NCBI GenBank assembly: GCA_036172245.1
Contig: JAYWIR010000005.1
Coordinates: 2,108,001 to 2,172,000 of the forward strand
Source of the DNA: Raillietiella orientalis
Taxonomy: Eukaryota
DNA length: 64,000 bases
Reading direction: 5' to 3'
Position 1 is the stretch's first letter; every line of letters starts with the position of its first letter. The position numbers and the translations under genes are program-made. Below the pieces are notes generated by a model. The model was not told where the DNA came from. It worked only from the letters and a program-made list of their open reading frames with translations, and did no database searches. Shown in pieces: positions 38,419 through 50,940 of the stretch.

Positions 38419-41214
38419 GTTTTTACTTTTTTATCTATTCGTATTATCGTTGTCTGGCTGTTGAATGCGGGGATCTTGAGCTTATTTTCGTTTTTCCACC
38501 GAGATTTGGAAAACCCCAAAAAGTGCATCAGTTAGGTGTTGCGGGAGAACTTTTGTTTTCAGCCGAGATGTTGCAGAAACGCGTATCTGCTGCAAAACTA
38601 CAAAAGAAGGTGCTCGTAATGTGTACAATGATGGGAGAATATTTTTATAATTCCAGTATTTCTCCCGTGTTTAGTATACTATGGGAGAAACGTAGATTAG
38701 CAACTGATCTGGATATTTCTGAAGACCACTTCCCAAAGTTTTCGTTATCAATTTAAAGAATTTCCGATTAGAAAGATGCAGCGTCTCAGGTTTTTAGCAG
38801 ATGTAAAAATCTGTGCTCTTTTTGTAAAAATTAGTCATGATTTTGTTGTGAAAGTTTTTTTTCTTCTTTTTTCTCGTTATAATTCGTCTATTGTCTTCGT
38901 CAAAGCCTGCAATTTTGTAGCCAAGTAAGCAGACATGCTGGTTGCAGAATTCTCGACAAACCTCAGTTTGTTAAGTTTGTTGAGGGTTTTTATAAAGAGC
39001 AGGAGAAACTTTCACCAACTCGGTATAATCTGAGCCTTCTGTACCCTTGAAAGTTTGCCCATTCAATAAACGTTTGTTTATGCCTGAAACTCAGCCAGGG
39101 AAAAAAGCAATTGACAGCATGAATCCGTATTCTCAAGTGCATCACCGGGGTGATGCTGAATGCGTAGTTTGGGTACAAGCAGACTTTTTATGTTCGAGAG
39201 CACCTCGAATCTCAACGTACTATCACTGCTGGATTTACAGAGATTTCTGATTCGCTTGTGGGTTTGTACCGTGAGCATGGTGGGATGCACCAACTTGTTT
39301 GCCAAAAAGAAAAAAAAATTTGGAACGAACACAGGGAGTGTTCTTCAGGTTTGAGGCTTCTAGCTGACAGCATGTTTAGCAAGGGAATATGCAGCTGGGA
39401 TCATTTGCATGTTTGAATTCCATCCTTTATTTCATGTGACAGCTGTCTCAGGTCACTATGCCGGCTGAGAAATGATCGGAAAGTGTGGCACAGCAAATGG
39501 GGTTACTTTTCGAAAAGAATGTTTGAAATGTCAGAACCGAAAATGCACGTGAATGTTGTCATGTCATCATCGTGCTGGCCAGAGATTAAAAACTTGTACA
39601 AAAGGTGTTCTCGAGTATCAGACAGGTAGTCACGCACAGTTGCGTGCTATCTTCGGAAGCACGTGGGCAGTTTGGTCATGGGCAGCCAAATGATTAAATA
39701 CCCTGGTATTAGAAACTGGAGAGTGGCTCAGGGCGGATTTTAGAGGAAAGAGCAGCCCTTCGGGAAGCCTTTGTTTTTGATGCATTTGTTTTTGTTTTGT
39801 TTTTTCTTAATCCGAAGGAGTTGTGCACGGATGCCCTTCTTGGTGTAGAAAACACGGAAGGCGAATAAGCTCGCTACTGCAGGGTGTTTGTCGCGTCATT
39901 TCTGTTTGTGGGCTGAGACTTCGATAGTAAAGTGCGTGTATGTGTTTAAACAGTAAAGTTCAATAAAAGTACAGTGCAAACCTCACTGGATTTTGTAATG
40001 GCACGCGTCTGTTGTACTTTTAGGAAACTCGTGTGTCCTTTGGGAAAACCTCCGACGGCAAATCCTCCAGAAAGAAGAAATCATAACGACTGACGACCAT
40101 TAGCCGCCCGTTACATTGGCAGCGAAGCGCTTATCCATTGCCACCGTGTCATTCAGTCTGCCCCATCCGTGGTCGCCAGGTTCTCGGTGTCAGCCCCTTC
40201 AGCCCGCCCTCTCGGAGGATCCTCAATCACCGACGAGTGTGCCGAGATTTCCTGGGTGTTTCCAATCGGAGAGGGCACGTCTTCATCTGCTGGGCTGCAT
40301 CCGTGGAGTTGCGAAACTCCAAAGCAGCGATGATGCGAGTGTGTTTGTCTACTGAGATTCCCTCTGGATGCGAGCACACGTCTTTGTGTTCCATTACTTC
40401 ATTATTCTTTCACAACGAGAGTTACTTTCCATTATTTTTGAGAGAAAACATTTGCCGGTTGTTCACATTCGTGTCACGTGTGTTGCAATACAGATCCATT
40501 GGAATCGTCGTGTTCTTTGGGTTATTCAATTGCGCTCGTCGCAGTTGAATTTGCGGGAAAGCCCTTTGTGCAGCGCTGGCCGTAACAGCGTGCAGCATTT
40601 TTCATACTGCGAGCGTGGACGCAGCAGGCATCAAAGAAAGGATTTACCTCCATCGAGCCGATCTCGAGAAACAGACCTTGGAAGGCGCAAATTCAAGTTA
40701 ACGCCTATCCCTGGGCGAGGTGGAGTCGTGTGTGTGGCAGCGGCCGGCGCTTGTGGTGGATGCGTCCCCAGAGGGTTCCAAGTCGAAGGAAACGCGTGCC
40801 CGGGAGCACAGAGCGGAAGCGGTTTCAGGGGTTTGCGGGTATTATTCGGGTTCGCCGCAGGGACTTTCGAATCCCCTCCGGTTGACCACCACGGTGCAAA
40901 AAGGGGCAAGGCGCAGAACACGCGGTATGCCCTGCCGAGCCCCCGAAGGTCTCTAAGCAAGGTCGAGGGATGCGCTCTCCTGCGTTGGCTGCAGTCTTTT
41001 CGAATTGTGTTGATACGGTGCACCGGCCGGCAACCAAGGTGTCCGCCGTCGTTCGGTCTTAAGAGAAGGACCAGTCGGACTTTCTGCCGACAAAGTCAGG
41101 TGCTAATTTCGTTGCGCTTCTCCTTATTGCGCTGTTCTTTCTGATGCGACGACCACGAACTGTCTGGGGCTGTTGATCCCGCTTCTGCCTTTGATAGCGT
41201 CCCTCTCAGAGCGG

Positions 41215-41490
41215 CTCAGACCAGATGTTTTCACGGGTCTTCGAGGACCTCCAGAAGGACTGTTACTGTGTAAACCACCAGGAACAGGAAAAACACTACT
41301 CGGTGGGCAAGAGTTGCTGCGAGTGATATCAACCTATTTTGTGAACTTGGGAAATGCTTAGCATCGCCATCAAAGTCCACTTTCTTCATTGACTTTCAAG
41401 TGTGTTAGAGAGAGAGGAAGGGGGTGGGGAAATAGTGCAAACTTTGTCTGCAGGGATAGATGAGAACATCAGTTAGCGAACGTGGTGAAC
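41215..41490 (+). pseudogene. FIGNL1: Fidgetin-like 1 / spastin-family AAA ATPase pseudogene fragment
   Basis: [29 protein letters not shown], then a 47-nt intron-like gap (41303-41349, GT donor, broken acceptor), then GKCLASPSKSTFF, frameshifted LTFKCVRERG...IVQTL and a decayed IDE...ERGE. Matches the pattern [42 protein letters not shown]...LTSKWVGEGE. Confidence 0.8.
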
Positions 41491-42699
41491 TAGGGTTCAA
41501 GTTAGGTGTTGTTACGAATTCACAGTAAGCTCAGCGTTAGTAGATGTTGCACGGAGGCTCAAAGCAAATTCGGCACTTTGTGAGGGCTTTGTTTAGTGTG
41601 GAAAACGAGGCAATCTGAAATGCCGTCCATTCTTTTCTTTTTTTTTTTACTCCAGAACCACACCGAACGCTGGCACTTCTACCGGCCAACGGAAACTCTC
41701 CCCCATGCCAAGACCACACGAGAGAGGGAAGCCGCTGCTCGAAAGCATCGCAAGAGTGACATGCTCGAAAGGAAGAAGGTTGCGAATGTTGCTGAGCCCA
41801 GACCTACTGAGAATGGAGCCACTGCAGATTGAAACGCGTGTGTGAATTATTATTCATAGCTTTCTGCTTAGGGAAGCAGGTAAATACAGACAAAAGTGTT
41901 AATTGGCTCCCGGCGTTGGTATCTCACTGAGCGCTACCGAATAAAACTTTCCGGAAGCTGGATAAAAGTCTGTTTAGAATTCTTTTTGGTGGGAGCGTGT
42001 TTTTTGCTGTGATTCCTCTGCCGTGGATCTCTCACTCAGCTGCTAACTAGAACGAATTGGCTAAGCGAGAAGCTGCAAAATGCTTTGTGACCGACAGTGA
42101 TGAATGGGGGACCACTAAAGCAAAGAGCTTTGTGCCATCCTGTCAATTGAATTCTGTTGAACATTGCTGTTACTGGCTCCAGACTTTTGCTATAAAAAAA
42201 GTCATTAATATAAGGGTGATGTGTTCATGTTTTACCTTGAATAACGCGAGAGCCCTGTGAGTTGTTTGAATTCCGATTTGTATCCCATGAGTAAGATGAA
42301 GTTAACTTTGCAGACAGCCGCCATTCATTACGCGAAGGCTCATCGAGTGCATCCACATCAGCTGATGAGTTTATGAGCTGTGGCAGGCAGGAAAAACCTC
42401 GGTGAAAATGCAAGCTATTAAAAGCCCTACCAAACACGTCACATAAACTTGCCAAGAAGCTGCGGCCTTTTATTACTTCTGTATTTATTTTTGCTCCTTC
42501 ACCCCTAGCTTCATTTCTTTGTTTTGAAAGGAGCAAACCAACATGTCGGAAAAAATTGCTCACATCAGTAAGAAAGGTTTCTTCAGAAGCTTTTGTTCTC
42601 ATGGTTCGAGGAAGAAATACATCCCAGTTGTGACTAAGAAAGATGTAGCTCGAACTCAGCAAATGATTTAGAGGAAGGAGCTAAATGGTTCCTAAACTT

Positions 42700-43600
42700 C
42701 CCACAAACTTTCGACTTCGAAACTCGTAAGAAAATCTGGGAAATTCCGCGTGATAGTGAAGGAACGGTCTCGAAATTTATCCCGAACCATCAATGCGAAG
42801 CGCGCGCTTAAAATCACTGGAAAACTCCATCTGTAGGATGCGGCGTCACTAAGAAACAAGTCTTATGATGGTGCAATGACAGATGGATGCGCTTGCTGGA
42901 AGATCAAGGAAACGCGGATTATGATCTCTCGCTACGTGGATGTAGGAAGAGGAAGAAAACAGGCTGAAGTAATCTCACGTACTCACTCTGGCTTGTTCGT
43001 TCGATGGAAATTTTCACCATAATTATCTAATTTACAGACCTGTGATATAATTACCATGAGATCCTCAGCTTTTGCCCTTCCTCAAGTTCAGATCGCACCT
43101 ATAGTCGATAACCTTCGAAGAGCGAGGTTTATAATCTTGCCCCAAAGAAGACCTTGCTTTTCCTTCCTCATTCATTCCCTTGTTCTCGTGAGTCATCGTT
43201 TGGTCGAATGTCCTCTGTTTGTCGTCCAAATACTTCCAGCAACCGCTCCTATCAGTTTTATGCTCACGGCCATTCTTCTTTTCTTTACAATTCCTCTGGG
43301 CCACAAAGATTCATTTCTCTCCGCGTGATACAGCCACTTAAACATCCATTTCCTCCTATCGTAAGAGATACAGGTACACGCAGATGTATCCCTTTTTGCA
43401 GAGGAATAGCTGAAAGAACACACAACTTCGGTTACTTTGGAGATTCTTCTCTGGAAGAAAGTAGTTTATAACATTTGGAGAAAACCTTCTCGATGGCTCT
43501 CAAGAAAATCTGGAAAAACATGGACGCCGGTGATCATTTCACTTGCAGGTAACGCAAACATCCTTCTGAAGCATAACGAACGTCGACGTGCTTCCCTAGT
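42700..43600 (+). mobile_element. Degenerate Penelope-like element remnant
   Basis: Decayed PLE motifs in order: NLSRTINAKRALKI, ISRYVDV (RYVDD), IPLGHKDSFL (HPxxxK), IPFCRGIAER (PYxxGxSE). Confidence 0.5.
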
Positions 43601-43866
43601 TTTCTGGAAATCACCTCCGCCTCGGTTTCGGAACTCCTGCTTTGTGCATCCATGGGAGGAAGGTCCGTAGCAAAAGGACACAAAGAAAGCAAAAGTCCGT
43701 CTCCTCAGAAGAGAAAGCGTGGTTCGTGTCGGAAGCCATGTGCTTCTTGCACGCCATTCCGAAGACTTTGGAGGAGCGGCAGTCCACCATTGATTTTCTC
43801 TGCTTCGCTTGTCTAAGGAGCTCACAGGAAGCGTCTCACATCCATCGAGCCAAAAAGAAATTTTTT

Positions 43867-43985
43867 TTTTCTTTCTTGCTCTTCTACAGAAGACAGGATC
43901 CATTTGTGTTTTTTTTTTCTTTTTCTTTCTTGCTCTTCTACAGAAGACAGGATCCATTTGTGTTTTTTTTTTCTTTTTCTTTCTT
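43867..43985. repeat. Tandem duplication, 54-bp unit, ~2.2 copies
   Basis: CTTTCTTGCTCTTCTACAGAAGACAGGATCCATTTGTG plus a T-rich tract, starting at 43871 and again at 43925. Confidence 0.9.
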
Positions 43986-44569
43986 TCCTCTCCTCTGAAT
44001 CCCTATTCGGAGTGAAAGTGGCGGCGGGGGATGGAGTAAATCAGTTGACTCATCTGATGCAAGCAGCATGTGATCTTTCTAGGAAAAGGGGCACTCAAGT
44101 CATCGTTCCCAAGTCCTCATGGACTTGGGAACGTTAAAGCATGTGAGAGTGAAATGCTAAGGCTTAGGTGTGGTAACAGCGCATGAGCGTCATGGGAAGG
44201 CAACAGGTACGGAGGAATGGGTGAGATTCTTAAGTCATCATCTTATCGTCGGACCACTCTTAGTTTTACTCTTTTCCGTCATCTCCTGGTCGAGTAAAAG
44301 ATGTGGATTTTTCTTCTGGAGTTTCGGATTCGGCATCCGAGCACTCCTTGCACCGCTCCTTCAGGTGCTGCAGGATGATCGGATCGATGTCTGGTGGTTC
44401 GTATACCTACCGAATCCCGCATTGCAGTTTTCGATCTTCTCCTTTGAGGGAATTGGAGAGACTGAATCAGTACCTCTCTTTCTGCTCCCGGCTTCCTGGA
44501 AAGTTCATTTGGAAGGCCTACCGACAAGCAGGTCGTTAGATGGAGCATTCTGGAGCGAAAGGAAGGGGA

Positions 44570-45620
44570 GCACTAAATAAAGAAAAGAATGGGAGGATGG
44601 AGAAAAAGAATAATCATAATAATCATTTGAGGAAAGTAATGCCGATTGCATGAAGCCCATGGATGATTTGGATGGTTTTGGGGGCTTTGGCATTTGAAGC
44701 TCTCTTCTGCTAAGAAATGGCGCAGAATAGGCGATTTCCGTCTCAGCTTCTTCCTGCAGGTGAGGTCACCTCGCAGAAGTCCTCATGTATGTGGCTGTCA
44801 TGCAGGTGACCTCTCTTCTCTGCGTCTTCGTCTCCAGCACATGGCGGACCGTGACGATGGTAAGGATGCAACCCATCCTTGCGATTACCGCACCTGTCGA
44901 AACTTTTCTTCTTGCGAAGAATTGCCGCAGGGAGTCTTTGGCAGTGTCCTCAGCGTGCAAGAGTGCGGGAATCAACCTGCGCCGAAGCTCCTCGAGGGCA
45001 TTGCAATCTAACAGCAGGTGCGGAAACGATCCGAAGGCCCCGCACCTTGAACACTGTGGCTAGGCAACTCGAAAAACAGAAAACAGGAAACCAAACCCCA
45101 GAAACCAGGCGTCTGCACTGGTTGCACTGGAATCTCCAGTGCAGAAACGGCAACAGAGGAAACACCGAAGTGTTCAAACACAAAAAGGGGATCACAGTTT
45201 CTTCCCGGAAAGTCCTCAGCCCACGGAAACGACCCGTCCTCTCAGTGGAAAGCAGGGCAGTAAGCGAAGAGCAAAGGACGTCTTTCCTGTTCCCGAGATC
45301 TCACAGGGAGATGGTCTCCGCTCGTTCTTGAACCTCACTGAGGCTTGCGGAGTGAAATTCTGGATCCAAGGATGTCGCAGAGGTTTCCGTGACCGTTTGT
45401 TTCCGCACCAGCTGCCGTCCGCACGGATGTGCTGCGTCCTCCGACCTCCCACGATACGACCCATTCTTCTTACAGTAGCCGCTTCTCACATTCAGGAGAT
45501 CGTGACTGAAAAATCAAAAGGGGTCAAAGTGCAAAAACATCCGTCCCGTCTAATAGCCGCGATCCTCTATCACCTTCCGTTTCCATACAGCTCCATTAAA
45601 GTTTAATTCTGAGGCCTTTT
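44570..45620 (-). mobile_element. 5'-truncated L1/Tx1-like LINE 3' region
   Basis: PQCSRCGAFGSFPHLLLDCNALEELRRRL zinc motif (~45060-44975), followed by a pyrimidine-rich 3'UTR. Confidence 0.65.
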
Positions 45621-46473
45621 GTCTTCCTGCGAGAGAGAAAATGCAAGAAGGACCCATTCTGTCTCTCGTTTGGGAATCATCGGAAGCAACAAAAGGATCG
45701 GAGGATTTTTTTTTCTGTCTCTTTTTTCAGACTCTCCATCCACAGTTGCTACTCCCTTCCCAGAACACCAACAGAGGGAAAGATAAGAAGAAACGGTTGT
45801 GGCATCGTGTCTGCTTTGCTTAGCCAAATAAAGATGCAGCAGATAAATCGCAGAGCGAAAAGGAGAGACTGCAACCTTCACGAATGATTGTTTTCCTTTT
45901 CTAAAGGAAAGAGGAGACAGGAATCTCGCTGATGGAAACTTAGCGTTCTTCGTTTTTTGGAAACAGAAAGTCGAAACGCCGAAAAAATGACACACAAAAA
46001 GTTGGAAAAAACCCAAAAAACACAAAGATACAGAAGATAAAATCATCTTTGCTTCCAGTTGTCTTCTTCTTTTGACTTTTCGCATGCAGCAGATGAGATC
46101 TTACTCTGGGGGAAACCATTTTTCTTCTCTCCACTCCGCTTTCGTTTGAATCTCTTGAGATTTTTTTCTCTCTCCAGTGATCTTGACATCCTGAAAAGTG
46201 AAGGTGGTAACACGATTCTTTCCATTCCAGCAGGTTGGATTTTTCCGAGAGATGCTTCACCGAGGAAAAAAAGAAAAAAGAAAAGAAAAAAACAGAAAAA
46301 AAGGAACGTAGTAAAACGATGCGACCTTCGCTGAGGCTGACAGGAGTGCTCTTATAGCATTAGAGCATCTTTCGGAGAGTTCTGGGAGTCCTGAATGAAA
46401 GGCGTTTGCAGGAAAACCTCCTCCCATGTGAAGGGGTTGGATTTTCCATCAGGTTCCGAAAAGACACAAGCCG

Positions 46474-47519
46474 ATAGGCAGGTATGGACAGGATCCGAGG
46501 GAAATCATAGGCTTGTAAGGAAGTAGGCGCCGATAGGAAGACATCAGCAGCAGCTTGGGGCTGTTGGCGAACTGTGCAGGGCACAGAAGAGACCGCATTC
46601 CAAACCACAGGACGCAGGTCTCGGGAAGAAACATAACTGCCGTGTTCAAGAAGAAGAAGGGTAGCAGGGGCTTTTTGTCCAGTACCTCAGGAGGATGGGG
46701 TAAGGGCACCCGAAGCAGACGAATGTTTCAATGCAGGGGTTGGATGGGACAGTAGCCATAGTGTCTTCTCGACTGGGTTCCTTCGCTGCGGCCAACAGCG
46801 ACCGCACCATTGTCGACCTTTTCAGTGGGCTCTCTCGCTTCGGCAGCACTCAGGGTGCGGGATGGGAAGCTCACCTCTTCAGCCTGCTCTTTGAACCGGC
46901 GCTGAACGCGTGCAGTCATATTCTGTCGTGTCCTCCGCCTGTTTTGGACTGTTCCCGCGAACGGCTGCTTAGTTGTCTCTCCTTCTGACACAACGGGGCC
47001 AAAAGAACACCGCGCATCAGGATGCAGTGTACAGCACGTCTTGCTCGGCAACCACTTGTGCTCGAGGCCGATGAAAAAGCAGCGCGAGGCGTCGACGTTG
47101 ATCCCTTGTTTTAGGAGGCATCGGGCTGCGTTGCTGTGCACGCGCTCAATTCGGTCAAGGTCGCAGCTTCCAAATTATCCCGGGAGAAGCATCGGTTCTT
47201 CAACTTGCAGCACATCAAAAAAATCAAAATAAAAAAGGCGTCTTTTTGGTCAAAGACAAAGGTCACTTTTGAGGACAGCACTGCATTCTCGACTTCAGAA
47301 CTTCAAAAGTTTCAAAAAAATAAGCGTGTAGAGTGTAGAGCTACAGAACTCCATGATCTACTGGACAAGAAGGCTTCCAAAGACGACCAGGAAACGATCT
47401 GTCATTTCAATGGACTTCCCCATAAGTCCCTTTCTGATTTGGGGGCAACGCTTCAGAAATCAGCGCCTACTTCCTTACAAGCCTCTGATTTCCCTCGGAT
47501 CCTGTCCATACCTGCCTAT
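46474..47519. repeat. 60-bp inverted repeat pair (46474-46533 and 47460-47519), 2 mismatches
   Basis: The reverse complement of the left arm, TCGGCGCCTACTTCCTTACAAGCCTATGATTTCCCTCGGATCCTGTCCATACCTGCCTAT, matches the right arm. Confidence 0.9.
46720..47170 (-). mobile_element. CR1/L2/Jockey-like LINE fragment (post-RT region)
   Basis: DLDRIERVHSNAARCLL resembles the LERVQxxAAR motif of these clades. Confidence 0.45.
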
Positions 47520-47779
47520 GAAGATATTCATCCGCTTTCCCTTCGTCACCGCGACAAGGGTGAAGCAAACTCTAAACATCCTAAAAATTTCCAAGCATTC
47601 CAGAAAGTAGTTGAATATACTGGTCACCAGATGAATGGCGTATCAGGCAGTGAGCTGACTGAAAATGGTAAATATTATAGGAAAATACCATAGGAGAGCT
47701 CGGCATCGTTTTCTATCTTCGGACAATGCAGGTAAGCGATCAGGGTTCACTCCTAAAGACGTTCTTCATCCTGTTGCTC

Positions 47780-49350
47780 AGGGACTTCGTCTGCTTGCTG
47801 CCTCCGGATCGTCCTCCCTTTTCAGACATTCCATAGAGTCGCAAGCGTTGTCTGGTGGATGTCCTACAGGTGAGTCCAATAGATATCCCGTCCACACGAA
47901 GCTGCCATGAAACTCATGGAACTTCACCTTCTCCGCGCACAGTCTCGTAATACCCAGCTCCAAATGAACTCCATCATTCCTTGGATCCCAATTCAGCCAG
48001 GGCTCGAATTATGAAGGCTGGATATCGGTTCTGATGCCTCTCTGAGGTGTTCACGTGGCAAAATCTAGGTGTTTCGGTTCCTTTTCTTTCCTGGCAATGC
48101 CGAATGTCTCGCTTCCCTTCTGGAGTGGACGTGAAACACCCAGCACCATCGTCTCCTTGCCTTTCTGAAGCGCCAAATCAGACTGCAGAGAAAGATCCGT
48201 CCCAGTGACCCCTTTGTTTTCTGGCATAAAAGGGCCACCTCACTGCAGTTACTGCAGCATTCTTTGATTCTTGCACAGTGGCGCCATGTCCAGTTGTGTA
48301 CATAAGAGGGAGGGTGCCCCGCACAGTGAATAAGAATGTGGGGCGAGGTCTCACATTCCCACCACGAACTCTCGCGAAAGAGCTCACGGATCGGCGGAAA
48401 GCGTCGTCATCACGAAGCTGCCCATTCTGGTGCCCATCTCGACTTCAAGAAAACAGCGATGCTCATTCACGCAGCCGACCATTCATTATCACGTGGACCA
48501 TCGCCTCCCTGACTCTCTACATGGCTATGTGGTTTATTTGAGCTGGAAAGACTCCGGGGATTTTTTTTCCTGAACTGCTTCTTAGCAGTTGACATGGCGC
48601 CCATAAGCTTTCATGCTTCCTGGCGCGTCTGTCTGGAAGGCTTCTTCTGATCGCTGGTGCACCACGGAGGACGCTCTTCTGCACGAAAGATGGCGTAGGT
48701 GCGTCGAGACGCTCGATGAAATGAATTGCACGACACCTCCCCCTGTCCATCAAGGATCGGACGATAGATCACGTAATGTCGTCGAAAGTGCGTGATCGTA
48801 CCGGAACAAAGCCTATTCGCACGCAGGTCGAGGGCAACAGCTGTTGCACGAGAAAGTAGTTCCTGTATTTCGGCACGAGGTTTGCCTTCTTCACAGCTGA
48901 ACACGTACCGAGGCGAGCGCATTTTGAAAGCTCTCTATTGAAAGGAGGAGGGGAAGCACTTTAGAATGCGGGCGCGGTCTTTGTGCTGCGTGGGGCGCGT
49001 TCCCGCAGCAAAAGTTTTCCGCAGCTTCCGGTTTCCTTGCTTCTTTCCAAGTGCGCCCCGACGGCGCGCGATCTTCGGAAGTGCCCAGGACGCTGGGAGC
49101 AAAGTCGATGGGAGGGTAGCCCCCCATGAACACAGCTCCGTCGCTCTTCGTTTCGAGCAGCGCCTTGGGACCTGCGTGCCTCTACGTCTCGTCGATGGAG
49201 ACGAGAAGAGCGTCCTTGACCAGATTCGCAGGGACAGCCACGGTGATGACGGTGGACTCGAGAAACGAGGAATCGATTCTCAACGAGCTCTCCGTGGAAA
49301 GATCACGTCAGGACAAATGGCGAATAAAATCGTGGAGCTGTAGGAATCGC
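47780..49350 (-). mobile_element. Degenerate BEL/Pao LTR retrotransposon pol remnant
   Basis: Motifs in order on the minus strand: KALLETKS..VF (protease, RALLDxGS), FARVRGGNVRPRPTFL (FxRVxFG...PFLL), LNWDPRND (LGLxWxPxxD), TGYL. Confidence 0.6.
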
Positions 49351-50364
49351 ATCCTCTCAATTCGAACCTCTCCGGAACTAAAACGAGCTCATCAAATCTA
49401 AAATCCATTGATAGCCAGGAATGCGCAGAGAGATTCGAAACGTCCAACGTTTCTTGATTAAATTTGATTGTCAATGGAAGCCGGCTGCTGGTTCTTGGAG
49501 CTGAGGACGGAAAGTGCGCCAGGAAACAAAGGGGTTTGTAAGAAAGAATTGTTTGTTCTTCCCGACAGGAAACAACGGGCATGCTAATTTCCCGCTTATT
49601 TTGGTGCTTTTCCTTTTTAATGAGACTGAAGAGACTTTCACCGGCACACTGACAGGCCCGTGGCAAACAAGGAATTTTCTCTTAACGAGGAAACAACGAC
49701 TTCCTCGAAACGTTCCGATCTAACGAAAGCTCAGCTCCGGGCGGAGTGCAAACATCGACCGCGGGTTCCCGGCCCTTCCATGTTTTCCTTTCGTGTCTCC
49801 TGGCGAAAAATAAACACTCAACCCATTTTTCCTGCTTTGTGTTCATTTTGTGATGATCCCCTCACTTCGCCTGTTCCTGCTGCTTGTGAGGGGGAAGGGG
49901 AGGGGCTTTTGCCTGCTAATCACAAGAATTATCTGCTCATTTCACCAGAGGATTCCAGCGTTTGGAATTTGCTGCCCCGCCAGACGTGGAAATTATTTAA
50001 TCCGCTGATGAAAGCGCCTCTTTCATCGTCACACCGCAATAAGCAGGAGTGAATCTCTACGGAGCATTTTTATTTTCATTCTTCATTTTATGACGTAAGT
50101 CGCGCTGGGTTCTGTGGCTCTGCGTTCAACTCTTCCAGCTTCTCGCCTCAGGACACGCTGGTTCAGCACGGATGAGGTCGAATCGAAATTCGCTCCCTGC
50201 ATGCATCTTCCCTCCAATGCATCCAACGTTTTGGATTTCTTATGCACTTGCTGAAGACAGTGGCGAGAGCTCTTGAAGTCCTTTCGCGTTCCTTTGTTTC
50301 TGCCGCTTTTCCTGCAGCGTTTCTTTTTTGTTACAGGTTAGCGAAGTGCTCAAGAACCATTCGC

Positions 50365-50940
50365 TTCCTTAGGGGGAGAGAGGGGGACTCACGAAACTCT
50401 TGAACTCTATCCCCGCCACCCGAGGGTGCGTGTAACCCTTCAAGTTAGCCGGTACCCCGGGAGGAGACCACCCCATGAACCCAGGAAGGCTCCGGAGGAA
50501 GGAGTCTGATCCTCTCACGGGCTTGGTAGGGAACCTCTTCCTTATTCTCTCCAGGGGGGAGCCCCGTTTCCTCCTCTGAAGAGAACTTCGAAGGGACGCT
50601 TCCCGATTTCCTTGAAGAGTGCTCCCCAAAGGGAGCGGCGCGCTCCTTGACACTTTGGAGAGGTATCAAAGGGGATCCGTACTATGGCACTGGTGGATCC
50701 ACCAGCTCCATGGTGCCTGGCCCCCTTTTAGCAACCGGTGGAGAACCCCGAAGGGCTCTCGGATTCCTGGAAGGACCCCGGAGGGTCAACTTCCAATCCC
50801 GGTCAGCCAACGTGCCTTCGGACCAACCAGCGCCATCCTGCGGCGGGAACTCGAAACCCATGATACGCCATTTTTCGGCGTCGATCCTCCACGTGAAGAC
50901 GCTTTGTACCACGCGCGGAGACCGCAGCCACACGGGCCGC
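50365..50940 (-). mobile_element. SINE-like repeat copy D
   Basis: Head GGCCCGTGTGGCTGCGGTCTCCGCGCGTGGTAC, second B-box-like GGGTTTCGAGTTCCC, shared body, and tail AACTTGAAGGGTTACACGCACCCTCGGGTGG. Confidence 0.75.

Noticed and set aside
38440..39360. Additional minus-strand exons overlapping the SUV3 3' region
   Set aside because: Some splice-like signals, but no consistent frame or recognisable product.
40368..41144. 258-aa ORF upstream of the FIGNL1 fragment
   Set aside because: No recognisable domain; probably a chance ORF in GC-rich DNA.
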